Assembly (NCBI GenBank): GCA_048013815.1
Contig: CM106586.1
Span: forward strand, 21,080,001 to 21,144,000
Direction: 5' to 3'
Origin: Setoptus koraiensis
Taxonomy: Eukaryota; Animalia; Arthropoda
DNA length: 64,000 nt
Part shown: piece by piece, positions 21,986-33,912 of the stretch
Numbering within the stretch: the first letter of the stretch is position 1
How the letters are laid out: each line of letters opens with the position of its first letter
Made by a program: the position numbers and the translations under genes
Notes under the pieces: generated by a model
Told to the model about the DNA's origin: nothing
Databases searched by the model: none
The model's input: only the letters and a program-made list of their open reading frames with translations

Positions 21986-23794
21986 CAAGGCCGGGCCGGA
22001 GTGTGGCGAGCGCCGGTGTTAACATATAGCAGCGGTGGCCGCTGCTACATGACAGTGCGCCGCCGAGTGGCGGCGCTGGCGACACCGCACTCGACACAAG
22101 CACACTTTACAGGTAGATAAGGCAGATTATCATTTATTCTTTTTTCCTTTCAATGCGCGTCGAGTGCTCGCCGGGGCCCATTGTGTGCAAAAACGAGCAC
22201 CGATTTTATCTCGCGCGCGCACCGAGATTTGTATCTACAAAGATTAAGCGCCACTGGCCCGTCAACTGGCTCGCCGACTAGCTCGCCGACTAGCTCGCCA
22301 ACTAGCTTGCCAAACAGAAAGAGCGAGCTTGCCAGCGAGAGCTCGCCAACGAGAGCTTGCCGGCGAGGCCGATATGTGGCTAAATAGTGGCGGCGGTGGC
22401 GTCATTGTTTGACAATAAATTTCGGCTGTACATGCACGATGAACAAATGATGATCGGGCGCCGCCAACAACAACCGCCTTTGTGCCCATGCAAATCGCTG
22501 CTGGCGCCAGCTCCCTTGGCGCTCGTCGGCCGCCGGGTCCCGTTATCTGGGGCCGATCTGCGCGCAAGTGTCCCCGGCTGCACAATTGTGCCCGACAAGC
22601 CTCTAGAACACAACCGCCGGACCGTTATCTAACGCGACTCGTCGTGGTGGAGAGTGGCGAACGGTTATATGTTTCGGCGGTGGCCGCTGCTGCGGCCCGG
22701 CGCTGAAACCCGAAGAGCCACGCCGCGATAGGTGCGATTTAACTACGGGCCGGCGAAACAACCAGCGCCGTATAACTATTAGTCATATCATCAATTGGTA
22801 TTATAACTACTGTCGGTATTTATTGGGTCGTGGGCGTAGTCCATTAAGCACACTTAGCGCGCGCGCCGGCCCGCGCGCCGGGCCACTGCGGCGTCCGCCG
22901 ACGCAAACTGGCCGCCGCAAACTGGCCGACGTAAACTGGCCGCCGCGTGCCCGGCAAACTGGCCACTGCTGGCCACTGCCGGCCACTGCCGGCAGTAAAT
23001 TGAATGGCCCGCGGACAGCGCGGATAGCGGGGCGCAGATGGAATAGATATCATAAATACGGGTGCAGCCGGGCCCGATTTGGATCAAGATTTATCCAGAG
23101 ATTTATGCAGATTTGCTGATGGTCGCCGGCCCCAGCCAGCACTCGCTCGGGCCTCGGCTGGCTGCCGTCCATTGGCCAATATTTATTCACTGAGTCGACT
23201 TTTCAAGAGCGAGCATAATATATGGCGCCATTATCGTCGCCTAATGATGATTCGAGCGACTCGCTGGCTGGCTGGCTGGCTGGCGGGCTCGCTGGCCCCC
23301 TCGCCGGCTAGATTGGCAAGCGGCTGGCTACAGTTTGCGAATAATGCGGCGCATAATAGTCGCGTATAAAAGTATTATCATTCGCTCTATATATATATCC
23401 AGCCGTATATGTGAATGAGGCGCCCGAGAGAGCGTTTAAGTCGCCACTGGCTGCCGCTAACGATGCGCGACCGAGCCCGGCCGTGCGCTAACTATCCGCC
23501 GCTACCCGCCGCTATCCAGCTCACGTCTATATATATATCAGCTCGCGAGTATGTGAGCAGCAGCAGATGATAATGATGAATGGAGCCACAAATTGGGTTC
23601 ATTGGAGCAGCAGTAACAGTCCAGTGGACGCAAACACTCGCAACGGTTCGGGGCGCCGTCGCTGGCGGTTTTTTCTTTGTCCGGGCGCAATTGTCGCCCA
23701 CGTTTTACCCGTCAGCCAGTCGAGCGGGACTCGTTCGCGCCGCACCGGGTATTGGTTGCGGGCGAGCCAACCAATGCCCAGCATACCAATATCC

Positions 23795-23909
23795 AATGTC
23801 CACGGAATGCCCACGCGACATCGAAAGAATGTCCACGGAATGCCCACACGACATCGAAAGAATGCCGAGAGAATGCCCATACGAAAGAATACCGAGAGAA
23901 TGCCCGAAG
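23795..23909 (+). repeat. 2 x 33-bp plus 2 degenerate copies (AATGTCCACGGAATGCCCACRCGACATCGAAAG), just downstream of the Ig gene stop
   Basis: Read directly. Confidence 0.8.
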
Positions 23910-24053
23910 AGTAGCCACAGAATACCCGGCCAAAAGCGCAAGAATGGCGGCAGAAGCGCGGAAAAACCGCGAGGGCAGCCCGAAATAACAAGCCCGACAC
24001 CGAGACGCGGCGGCACGCAGAGACGGCTCACATTACAGGTAACAAGCTATTTA

Positions 24054-26173
24054 TTATTGGAGTGTCAAAAATGTGTCGCCCATGTGAAAGGGGCTATACT
24101 GCTGCTGCGGGTAGGGGTGCTGGTGCGGCGGCGGCAGCGGCACCGGGACCGGATGATGGTGCGCCTGCGGGTACAGGCTCAGCTGATGCTGATGGTGCAC
24201 CTGATGCATCGGGTGCGGCTGCTGCTGCTGTTGCTGCTGCTGATGGTGGTGGTGGTGCGGATGCTGGGGATACAGGCTCAATTGGTGGAGGTGCTGCTGC
24301 TGTTGAAGGTGGTGCTGGTGTTGTTGTTGTTGTTGCTGTTGTTGGAGGATTATGTCCTCTATGCACAGGTGACTGTATCTCTGGCTGGCCACCGCGGCCG
24401 CCGAGGCGGCCAAAGCCGAGGCTTGGGCCACAGCGGCCGCCGTTGTTGTTGTTGTGGTCATTGTTGTGAGTGGCGAGGATCTGTCCGTTGTTGCGGTTGT
24501 TGCGGTTGCTGTTGGCGAGTCATAAGTTGTGTCGTTGGTTGTTGGCGTGGCAGCGGCGGTTGTTGTTGTTGTGGGTGTTGCGCCCGATTGTTGTGAGGTT
24601 GTTGATGTGGTCGACGAGCTTGTTGATTTGGCCGATGATTTTGTGGTTGTTGTTGTTGTTGGCGCTTGTTTGTGGCCGTTGTGCGCTTGTTTGTTATTGT
24701 TTGTTTGCTGTTTCCTCGCCGAATTTTGTTTGCTGTGATGCGCGATCATTTCATATTTTCGGGTATCCATCGGGTATCCATCGGGTGTTTATCGGGTGTT
24801 TATCGGGTGTTTGTTGGGCGTTTGTTGGGCGATTATTGGGTATCCATTGGGTGATTATCGGGTATCCATTGGGCGTTGATTGGTTGGTGTTGGGATGGAG
24901 CGGAATGGGCGACAGAGGCAAAGTGTTAGTGATTGGCCGACAGTGATCGGGCATTGATTGAGCATTGATTGAGCTTCGAGAGTATGAGTGATCAATTCGA
25001 GAGACTATGGCCGAAATGGCGAGCTTACCTCATGGACGATGACGACAAATTGTGGTGCTGACTGAGGCCCGTCGACGACGACGATTGGTGCAATTTCTGC
25101 TGTTGGAGACGGCGCTGTTTCCTGTGGCGCATCATGCAAATTATGTAAGTGTTTACTGAAAACAACAGACAGCCCAGCAGTATGGTGGCCACAATAAATA
25201 CTTGCGTCATCATTGGGGTGGCCGTTGTTTGTGTTTGTGTCTCACTATTTAACGAATAAGAGGAAATTAATGACTGATTGCTCGATTGCTGACCGCCGCT
25301 TGAGGGCGACACGCCGCTGTTGAGCATAAACCACGACCACAGTTTGTTGAGTTGGCCGCCCTGATTATTACTTTGTTGTGATTGATTGTGTGCATTTGAC
25401 TTCATTATGTGATGAATTGACGAATCATTGTGTTGATAATATTGTTTCGATGAGGAATTCTCTCGTTCTTGGCGCGACGACGACGACAGCGCCACCGGCA
25501 AACGTTGATGATGATTTAAATTATTGATTTGGTTTTGTTGTCTAGTAGTAGTAGAAGTGGTGAGAGTAGTAGCAGTGTTGAAATTAGTTAAATCGTTACT
25601 ATTTAAGGCCACCATTTGGCTAGGCGCTGGCGGTTCGCTGGTTGTGGTGGGTCGCGGCCGGGCACTCGCACTAACAACGAGCCTCGACGAGGCCCGAATG
25701 CTCTGATAGTGCCTGTGAGGCGGATTTGGATGCGTGTAGGGGCCCACTTGACATTCGAAGGTGCCAGAGTCGCTGTGTTTAACGGGTGATATCACTAGGT
25801 TGTGCTGACCCAACGATGGGTCGCCGATTATTTTGTAATTTGGAAAGCCGTTCAGGTGACTCCTGTTTGTGCCCATTAACACAAAACTGTTTTTGGTCCA
25901 TTGCACCAGGCCGCCCTGATTGTCGACCTCGCAATTGAGTTGCACCACTTCGTCGTCGCCGGCGTACGTCTCCACAAGTGGCTGCGGTTGAACGCGAAAC
26001 CGCTGCTCTCCCGTCGGCATCGGGTTACCTGTCGATGTCGGTTTTGGGTTATCGTTTGCGTTCGCGTTCGGTGATACATTGGCGATGCATATGTGCGTTG
26101 ATACGCATAATACATAGAACAATAATATGTAAAATGATATCGTGAGAAAAACGAAAAGAAACAGTTTGGCCAT
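24054..26173 (-). CDS. Single-Ig type I membrane protein with a nephrin/Sticks-and-stones/Hibris-like D1 domain, 607 aa; join(complement 25029..26173, 24054..24732)
   Basis: Hydrophobic N-terminus. Ig domain QRFRVQPQ...LNCEVDNQGGLVQWTKNSFVLMG...GFPNYKIIGD...HNLVISPVKHSDSGTFECQVGP...IRASSRLVV resembles Sns D1 (QKFRVQP..CEV..QWTKDGFALG..GFPRYSVLGD..YQCQVGP..IRANAKLTV). TM VFIVATILLGCLLFSVNTYIICMM followed by RHRKQRR. A phase-2 intron (AG|gtaagc at 25028; catcacag|C at 24733) joins the T/Q/H-rich tail in frame; 1824 nt equals 608 codons. Confidence 0.8.
24760..24870 (+). repeat. Degenerate 11-bp tandem repeat (CGGGTATCCAT/CGGGTGTTTAT) filling part of the Ig-gene intron
   Basis: Read directly. 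Confidence 0.75.
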
Positions 26174-29100
26174 GGTTAGTTTTTTGGTTATTTGCTCGCT
26201 TGCCGCTGTGTGCTGGTGACAACGTGATTTTTGTCACACTCGAATCTTATTTGTCACACTCGAATCTTATATGTCACACAATTCTCAGCGAATGGCATAA
26301 CATTTACAATCATGAGCTTGTAATTTCGGCTTGTAATTTCAAATTGTGATTTCGACTTGCGATTTCTACTTGTAATTTAATTTAATCAATTCATCAATTG
26401 ACTGATTGCGTAACAGTTAATAATTAACATTAATAACAATAATTAATAACAATAATTAACAATGATAACAATAATAATAGTGAATCATCGCTAATTATGA
26501 CGACGGTGCATGCTAATTATCATGCGATCATTGGTGGCTCACAACACTGACGAGTCCGTTGAGGTGAGCACGCTGTTACGCATAGCGACAGCTGTTACGT
26601 GCGCCACAAGTGCAGCGAACGCACCTAATTAGCGCGCCAGATTAAAATCAGAGTGGTCATCATTATTTTTTATGCAAATCATCATTATTTGCATACCGAT
26701 TATTTGTAACAAATGATTTGTTTGACAGTCTGTTTGTCGCCGCTCACAAGCTGTGAGTCACAAGAAACGGAAATGCGCAATTCTCATTCTTTTTATTTTT
26801 ATCTTGTGCAAACCTAGGCAGGCGAGACACGAGCCAGCTCGACCGCGACACCCGATTCCACCGGTAGATGTCAGGTTGCGCTTGTAAATGTCAGCTGGCG
26901 CTTGTAAATGTCGGCTGGCGCCGGTAGATGTCGGATCGTGCCGACATATGACCGATTGATATGCGACAGGTGAACAAGATGCGCAACTGGCGGCGCTGTC
27001 AGCCTTTGTCAGCCGGTGCTGTCGCTCTCAAAATGAAACGTGAATTGTTACGTAATCGGTCTCATTATCGAGCAGCATCATTGCGTAATGTCGCCAATAA
27101 TGAGCCGCTGCAGTGACAGTCAGCTGACTCGGCATGCAAGCTGTCATAGTGTGACAGTCGGACTGTGGCAGTGCGAGCGACTGGAGTCAATGAGACTCGC
27201 ATCTGCGGCCCGCGCCGAGCCAGCTCATCTCATTCAGCTAATCAGTGACTAATTAGCGCCGGTTGCTGGTGGGCGCGTTAATTGTCGAGCGAGCCCATTG
27301 TCGCCGTGTGCGGTTAATTGCGCTGCTATGCGGATTGCGCAATGTAAACTGACGCCATGTCAACTCATGCAGTGGGCGCATTGCACAAGGGCCGGCTGTT
27401 AATCATTAAGGGTCAATTATAAATCAAATTGGATTTGATTGAGTTCGCTTGATTGAATCCGCTGCCGAGTGGCCGCTCGACACTGGCCAGCGCTCTTGTG
27501 AGCAGTGGACGTGTGTAAATGGCAGCACGTACTCGTCGCGTCTCAGTCACTGCAGTTCAGTGATTCGGCCTCGCCAATTTGCCGCTTTCGGCTCTTTGTC
27601 GCCCGCCGCCCGTTACCCGTTGCGGCCGCGCCAGTGCGCCAATGCGGCCGCCGAGCGGCCGATCGGGCCATCGGGCGAGCGGGCAAACGGGCGAGCGGCC
27701 GATCGGCAACGACGAGAAAATTATCTATTCCGATCTCGGGCCGGCCTGGCTGTCGGCCAATCCAATCAGAAGCGCTCAATCTAAATTTGCCAGCGCTCAG
27801 GCCAACTGGCTAACGGCGCCGACGACAGCGACGGCCGGCGTTGGCGGCGCTGCCCGAATGTGGGCTAATGGTGTGTTGTTGTTGCGATTCATTAAGCATT
27901 TAGCTTTCGGCCTGCGCTCGCAATCGTGACGCTTGCTCCCATAAAACATTCGCTGTTCGCTTCTTTCGCTTCTTTTCGCTTCTTTCGCTTCTCGCTTCTC
28001 TGGCTGCCTCGGCTTCTCTGGCCGCTTCTTCTCGCCCATTCTGGCTTCTTCTCGCCCATTCTGGCTTCTTCTCGCCCATTCTGGCTTCTGCTGGCTCCTT
28101 CTGGCGCCGCACTCGTTCCATGAGCAGTGTCCGTCGGGCTCGCAAGAGCATGCTCATTGCAGCGCAAATAGATTATCGAGACGGGCGATTATTGGCCGGC
28201 AAGCGGGCCACCCGCTCTAGACGATTTGTTCAACAGTCCAGCGACACCGACGACAGCACCACTAACGGCAACACCAACAACGACCGCAACAACGGCAGCA
28301 CAATTCGCGCATTAGCATCATGCGTTCGGGTGATTAGTTGCAACGAGCGCGCAAGTGATGAGACGCCGACTTGTGATTAAATTTACAAATTGCAATGAGC
28401 GCTATCTCGCCATCTCGTCGCTCGCCGGCCGCCGGCCGCTGGACTCTGGCGAGCGAGTCTGGCGAGCGAGTCTCGCCGACGAGCGCCTGCCGCAGATCGA
28501 AAATTGCAAATTGCGACGCACAAATCACCAACAAGTCGCTAACGAGTCACTAACGAGTCGCTAACAAGCCAGCCAAGACGAGTCAAGACGAGCCAAGACG
28601 AGCCAAGACGGCCGACGAGCGGCGAAAACGAGAGCAAACAGGTGAACGCACGAAGGAGCCGATCGGGCGAGCAAATTGAAATTGAGTCTCGCACTCGAAC
28701 GGCCGTCGTCTCGTGACGGCCGGTCTGGCCAGTCGCTAATTGCGAGAAACTCATCACACTCGTCGGCCGGGCAGAGCGCTAGGCCAACGGTCAGCCCAAG
28801 TCGGCGATGACCGTTGGCCCGCCGCTGCTGACCGTACGGCCAAGCATCAATAGAGCGCTACATCGACATGGCCAAACAGCGATAAAGCGATACATCGATT
28901 GTAGCCAAACATCGATTGCGGCCAAACATCGATTGCGGCCAAACATCGACATGGCGCCGCGGCGATAAATAATAGCGCGCTAATAACATATCGATGATAT
29001 CGCGCCGATATGAAATCATGCGAGCATGAGTACATCGACTCACAGGTAACGGCCCGTCGGGCGCTAATGGTGGCGCCGTGGCGAGCAACTCGATGAACTC

Positions 29101-32100
29101 GATAAAGTGTCAATTGTGGGGGCGGCCACACGCAACGTCGTCATCATTATTGTTGGCTGACATTGTCAGCTGACCACCGCACGACATGAGACCTTTGTTG
29201 CGCAATATCACATGTTACATATATTACGTAACACACACCGCATATTACACAACACACATCGCATATTACATAATACGCATTACGTAACACATATGATTAT
29301 TGTTGGCGGCGCTGCGTCGCCACGCCGACCACACTCGCTAGGCCGGGGATATCGGCGGACATTTGTGTATGTCGGCGGATATTTGTGTATGTTGGCAGAT
29401 ATTTGTGGATGTTTTGGCCGCAAGACGGCGTGTCGACAGGACATGCCGAGACGACGATAATGACACGACTCTGTCGCGCCACGACGCTCGCACAATCAGT
29501 GTCGCAGCGAGTCATTGTTGTGGCGCTGGTTTCGTTTCATCGGCAACTCGTTTCGTCGGCGACTCGCTTCGTCGTCGACTCGTTTCGTCGGCGACTCGCT
29601 TCGTCGGCGACTTGCACCATTTGCATGGCGGTGCGCTCAAGCACACGATCCCCTAATGATCGTGACTGATTTTATATCGTCGATTTATTTGCGCTCCCAC
29701 TCTGGCCGATACCGACACACTTGTTTCATCGACCACAAACCAAGCCGATCGCACACACCGATCATCGACGCTCACCTGTGGGCCACACACGCCGACAGTG
29801 CCGGCGCTGTCACTGTCTCGACTGCGTCAGCTGTGCCAGCTGACAATTGCGTCAGCTGACAATTGTGTCAGTCGCGTCAGCTGACAATTGTGTCAGTGGT
29901 GTCAGTGGTGTCAGTGGTGCCAGTGGTGTCGATTGTGTCAATTGTGGGCACGACAAGCGTGCGAGCGGCACCTAACGGGCGCTTTCGCCTCGATCGCTGG
30001 CCGCCCAACACAATTGCGATCGGTATTGCTGTCCAATGTGTATCACCTGTCGAGCTTGTCGAGATGGGTCAATATGCAAATGGCTGCGTCGCGAACGATC
30101 CGCAACACAAACAGAGAGTTTCTGTGCCAGAAAGCGACCGAAAATGGAGCACAAGCCGCCTGTTCCGGTCGACACACTGACACCATATATCCACCCGTGT
30201 CCACCTATGTCCACCGATCGAGCGCATTTTCAATTGTGACGCAATTGAGCGGGCCGAGCGAGCGACCAAAAAACGGCAAACAAACGGCAAACGAACGGCA
30301 AACAAACGGCAAACAAACCGATGATTGGCCGGCAGTGGCGTGAAACTGCTCGCTCCATTGGCCACGACTTGCGAGCCACAAGTGAAATGGCGCCATTGTT
30401 GTCACTCAGTCAATTACCTGTTGTCCGTTGGCTTGGTCATCGGCGGCCGCAGACGGACGCAGAGATGCGATAATCAAATTGGGGCGCGTTATTATGGTCG
30501 CCTGGCGCAAAATAACAAACAACAACGGCATGCTAATTGTTGCTTGCGTTGTCCGCTGACCGGCGCTCGACGCCGCAAATCACTGTTGTTGGACGAAAGA
30601 GTTATCCGCTTGTAAGTTATTGGCGATAACTGTTCCAATCGGCGCTCCGGTCGCCGCTGCGGCCGCCGTCCGCTGCCCGATCGCAGCCGCCGTCCGCTGC
30701 CCGATCGCGGCCGCCGTCCGCTGCGTTCGGCCGCCGTCCGGCGCCAGCGAGCGCTCGCATGCCGCCGAGACGCGGCCGGCCTCGAGACGACTGGACGGCC
30801 GACATAACTGTTGGCGCACACATAATTCCGCCAGAGATAATTTCGGCCGGCAGCTCGATATTACATAATAACATACATAGAGCGACCCTGTTTTCGCTGG
30901 CTGCTCGAGGCCATTCGGCGATTGGCAATTCGCTCACAAGTTTGTCAGTTTCGGCCGGCAATTGCAAGTGGCCGCCGCTGTTGCCGCTGTTGCTGTTGTT
31001 GCTGTTGCTGTTGTTGCTGTTGTTGCTGACCGGCGTAATGGTCACAACAGCAACAACGGCAACGACAGCAGCAACAACAACAGCAACGACAACAACCACA
31101 ACCACAGCAACTGCAGGCCGTTACTGAATGGCTGCGAATCACAACTTGTGATAGCTGACGGTGCGCCGTTGCGCGGTAAACGGGGGCTGCTCGCCGGCTG
31201 CCCAGACGATGCGTTGCGACGCTCGATTGCGTTATGACGCAACTCGATTTATTTCGATGGATTGATCGGCCAACAATCGGTGGCCGGCGACCGACTGACG
31301 GCGCCACCGTCCGACCGCCAAACCGGCCCACTGTCCGGCGAGCGAGCGCCGAGCGTCCGGGCAAGAGCGCGCCGGCGACGGTGCACTGTTGCCCGGAACA
31401 GTTGCATAATAATCAACTGCGCCAGCGAGACAGAATTGAATTAAGTCAGCCCGAATCAATTGAATTGGGCAGCCGCTTCATCGATCGATTTCGGCGATCC
31501 ACTTGCGCACACACACGCACACACACACACACTGCGCCGGACCGCTGCGGCCGCTCGGACAGTCGGCGGCTCGCTCCGGTTGCCGCTCGCCCGAGTTCGA
31601 GCCGCCGATCGGCGGCTCGCAGCGGCAACCGGCCGCAGCGGCGCCGGGCCAGTATTGTTGTCGCAAGTTTGCGCACTAAAATGAGCGAATAATGATAATT
31701 CCCGCCAGCGACCGACATGTTTATGTTCCATTTTATTATGCAATGTTTTATGTGTGAGTGTGTGTGTGTGTGTGTGTGAGTGTGTGAGTGTGTGTGTGCG
31801 CGGCCAAGTGGCCGGACCAATTGATTGCGTCGCCGCTAACAACCACCTGTGCTCGCCATTAGTGCCCAGTGGCTCGCTCGCGGTCGCCGCCGAGTGTCGC
31901 TCACAACGCCCGGCAACCTGTTTGTGTGTTGGCGCCGACTCTTCGACCACTTGCGTTCGACTGGCCGAGAAGCGAATTCGAAGCCGAATTCGAATTTGCC
32001 ACTCGACGCTGCGTTCCAATTCGAGCCTTCGAACGCCCGACTTCGAGCCTTCGAACGGCCGCCGGAACCGCACACTCGCTCGCATCTCACGATGGGCGAG

Positions 32101-32432
32101 CGCACTCACACACAGAAGCGACTCCCGTTCGGGCCGCTAGTGGCGCACAGGTAGCGTTCGGCACAGGTGATGTTATTGTTGTCGGCAATCAGTTATCAGT
32201 TGTGTGTGTCTTGTCAAACTAACAAACTTGCAGCCAATTTGTTAATTCGCACTGGCCGCTGTTCGCCGCATTGTCGCTGCTTGGTTGGCCCAATTTGCAT
32301 GTAATTAATATTCGCACACTCGCTCTATTAGCGCGTATAGTATATTATACATTATTACGCTTTATTGCACTGTATTGCGCCCCCGTGTGGGCGTCGGCCG
32401 CCGGCCCGACCCGCCGGTCTGCATCGCGCAGT

Positions 32433-32530
32433 GCGCATTGCAAAGTGTGCATTGCAAAGTGTGCATTGCAAAGTGTGCATTGCAAAGTGTGCATTGCAAA
32501 GTGTGCATTGCAAAGTGTGCACTGCAAAGT
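32433..32530 (+). repeat. 7 x 14-bp GTGCATTGCAAAGT minisatellite
   Basis: Read directly; five exact copies plus two single-substitution copies. Confidence 0.95.
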
Positions 32531-33742
32531 GTGCAAGCGCGCGCCGAATCGCCCGCGCGCCCAGGGCGGCCGTGGCGACATGCGGGCCGGGCGCGCCGGT
32601 ATACCCGTACATGCCCCGCACATACTATAATATAATATGATATTATTAGACTAACAATATCGGTCTAATGTACACGGCAGTGAGCAACAACAGTTGTTGC
32701 GCAACGCCGTTTTTTGTCGGCTTCTTGTGACCGCTTAATGCTTTTTGCGCTCATTCTCGGCTCACTTCCACATCAAATGTCATTGCAATGCGCCCGGCAC
32801 GTTGCCCGGCGGATTACGCATTGGGGGGCGTCATTAGGCAACGGCCATTACGTAATGTCGCTTGCGTTGCGTAATGTCGCTTGCGTTGCGCAAGGAGTCG
32901 GATTTCTTGGAGCACGCCATGGGCGAGCTTTAGGAGCGCTTTATTGGTTTAATTGGGGGTGGCGCGCTTTTCATTAGTTCAATTTCATTAGAGCAATTGC
33001 GCAACAAACGCATCCACTGATGCGCTTGTCGTCATGACGTCATGCCAAACGACGACCGGCCATTACAATGGGCATTTCAATGGGCATTTCAGCGGGCATT
33101 TCAGCTGGCGTTTCGAGTGGCGCCCGGCCAACTCAACGCTGGCAACTGGCGACAGCAGCGACCACACTGGCCAACAGTGACAATGTTTTATGATTTTGAC
33201 GTTGAAAATAACACCGACGCACACAGAGTTACGCAATCACTTACAAGTGACTCGCCACTCAGTATTGCGCAAGTTTGCGTGTTGCGCAATTGGCAGTGTC
33301 ATGTCCAGACTGATGACCGGCAGCAGTGATTGCGCAACCACAAAATCGACCGCACAGAGTGAGTGACAGAGAGTCAATTGGACCGATGCGAGTGATACGT
33401 TCACTTCAATCGTTCCAAAGCTGCTGTTGCGCAATATTACGCTCCAATAGTTTGATCTGTCTCCCTCTCTGTCTGGCGCTCGCATTTGATGATGCTCGCA
33501 TAATCATATTTTCCATCTTGTTACGCAACACAGTGGCGGCAGCACGACAGTTGTTGCATAACTCGCCCTGTCGGCTCGCCTGTGCTATCGCCAGCCGGGC
33601 GAGTTACGCAACGTTGCAATGACGCAACAACGCAACGACGCAACGACGCAACAACGCAACGACGCAACGACGCAACAACGCAACAAAGCCGCAACGAGCC
33701 ACTGGCGACGAGAATCGGCCAGCCACCAAGTGGCAAACAACA

Positions 33743-33912
33743 ATAGTAATAATAATAGTAATAGTAACAATAATGGCAACAGTAACCATAATAGTAATAG
33801 AAATAGTAATCGTGGTGGCAGCCATAATGCTGTTAATAATAATAGTAATAGTAGTAATAGTAATAATAATAGTAATAGCAATGGTAATAATAGTTGTAAT
33901 AATAGTTGTAAC
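33743..33912 (+). repeat. AT-rich (AATAGT/AATAAT)n low-complexity tract
   Basis: Read directly. Confidence 0.8.

Noticed and set aside
23580-24596. 338-aa plus-strand ORF antisense to the Ig-gene tail
   Set aside because: It is the shadow of the CAG/CAA-rich coding strand plus 3' tandem repeats, giving poly-L/V/C with no domain.
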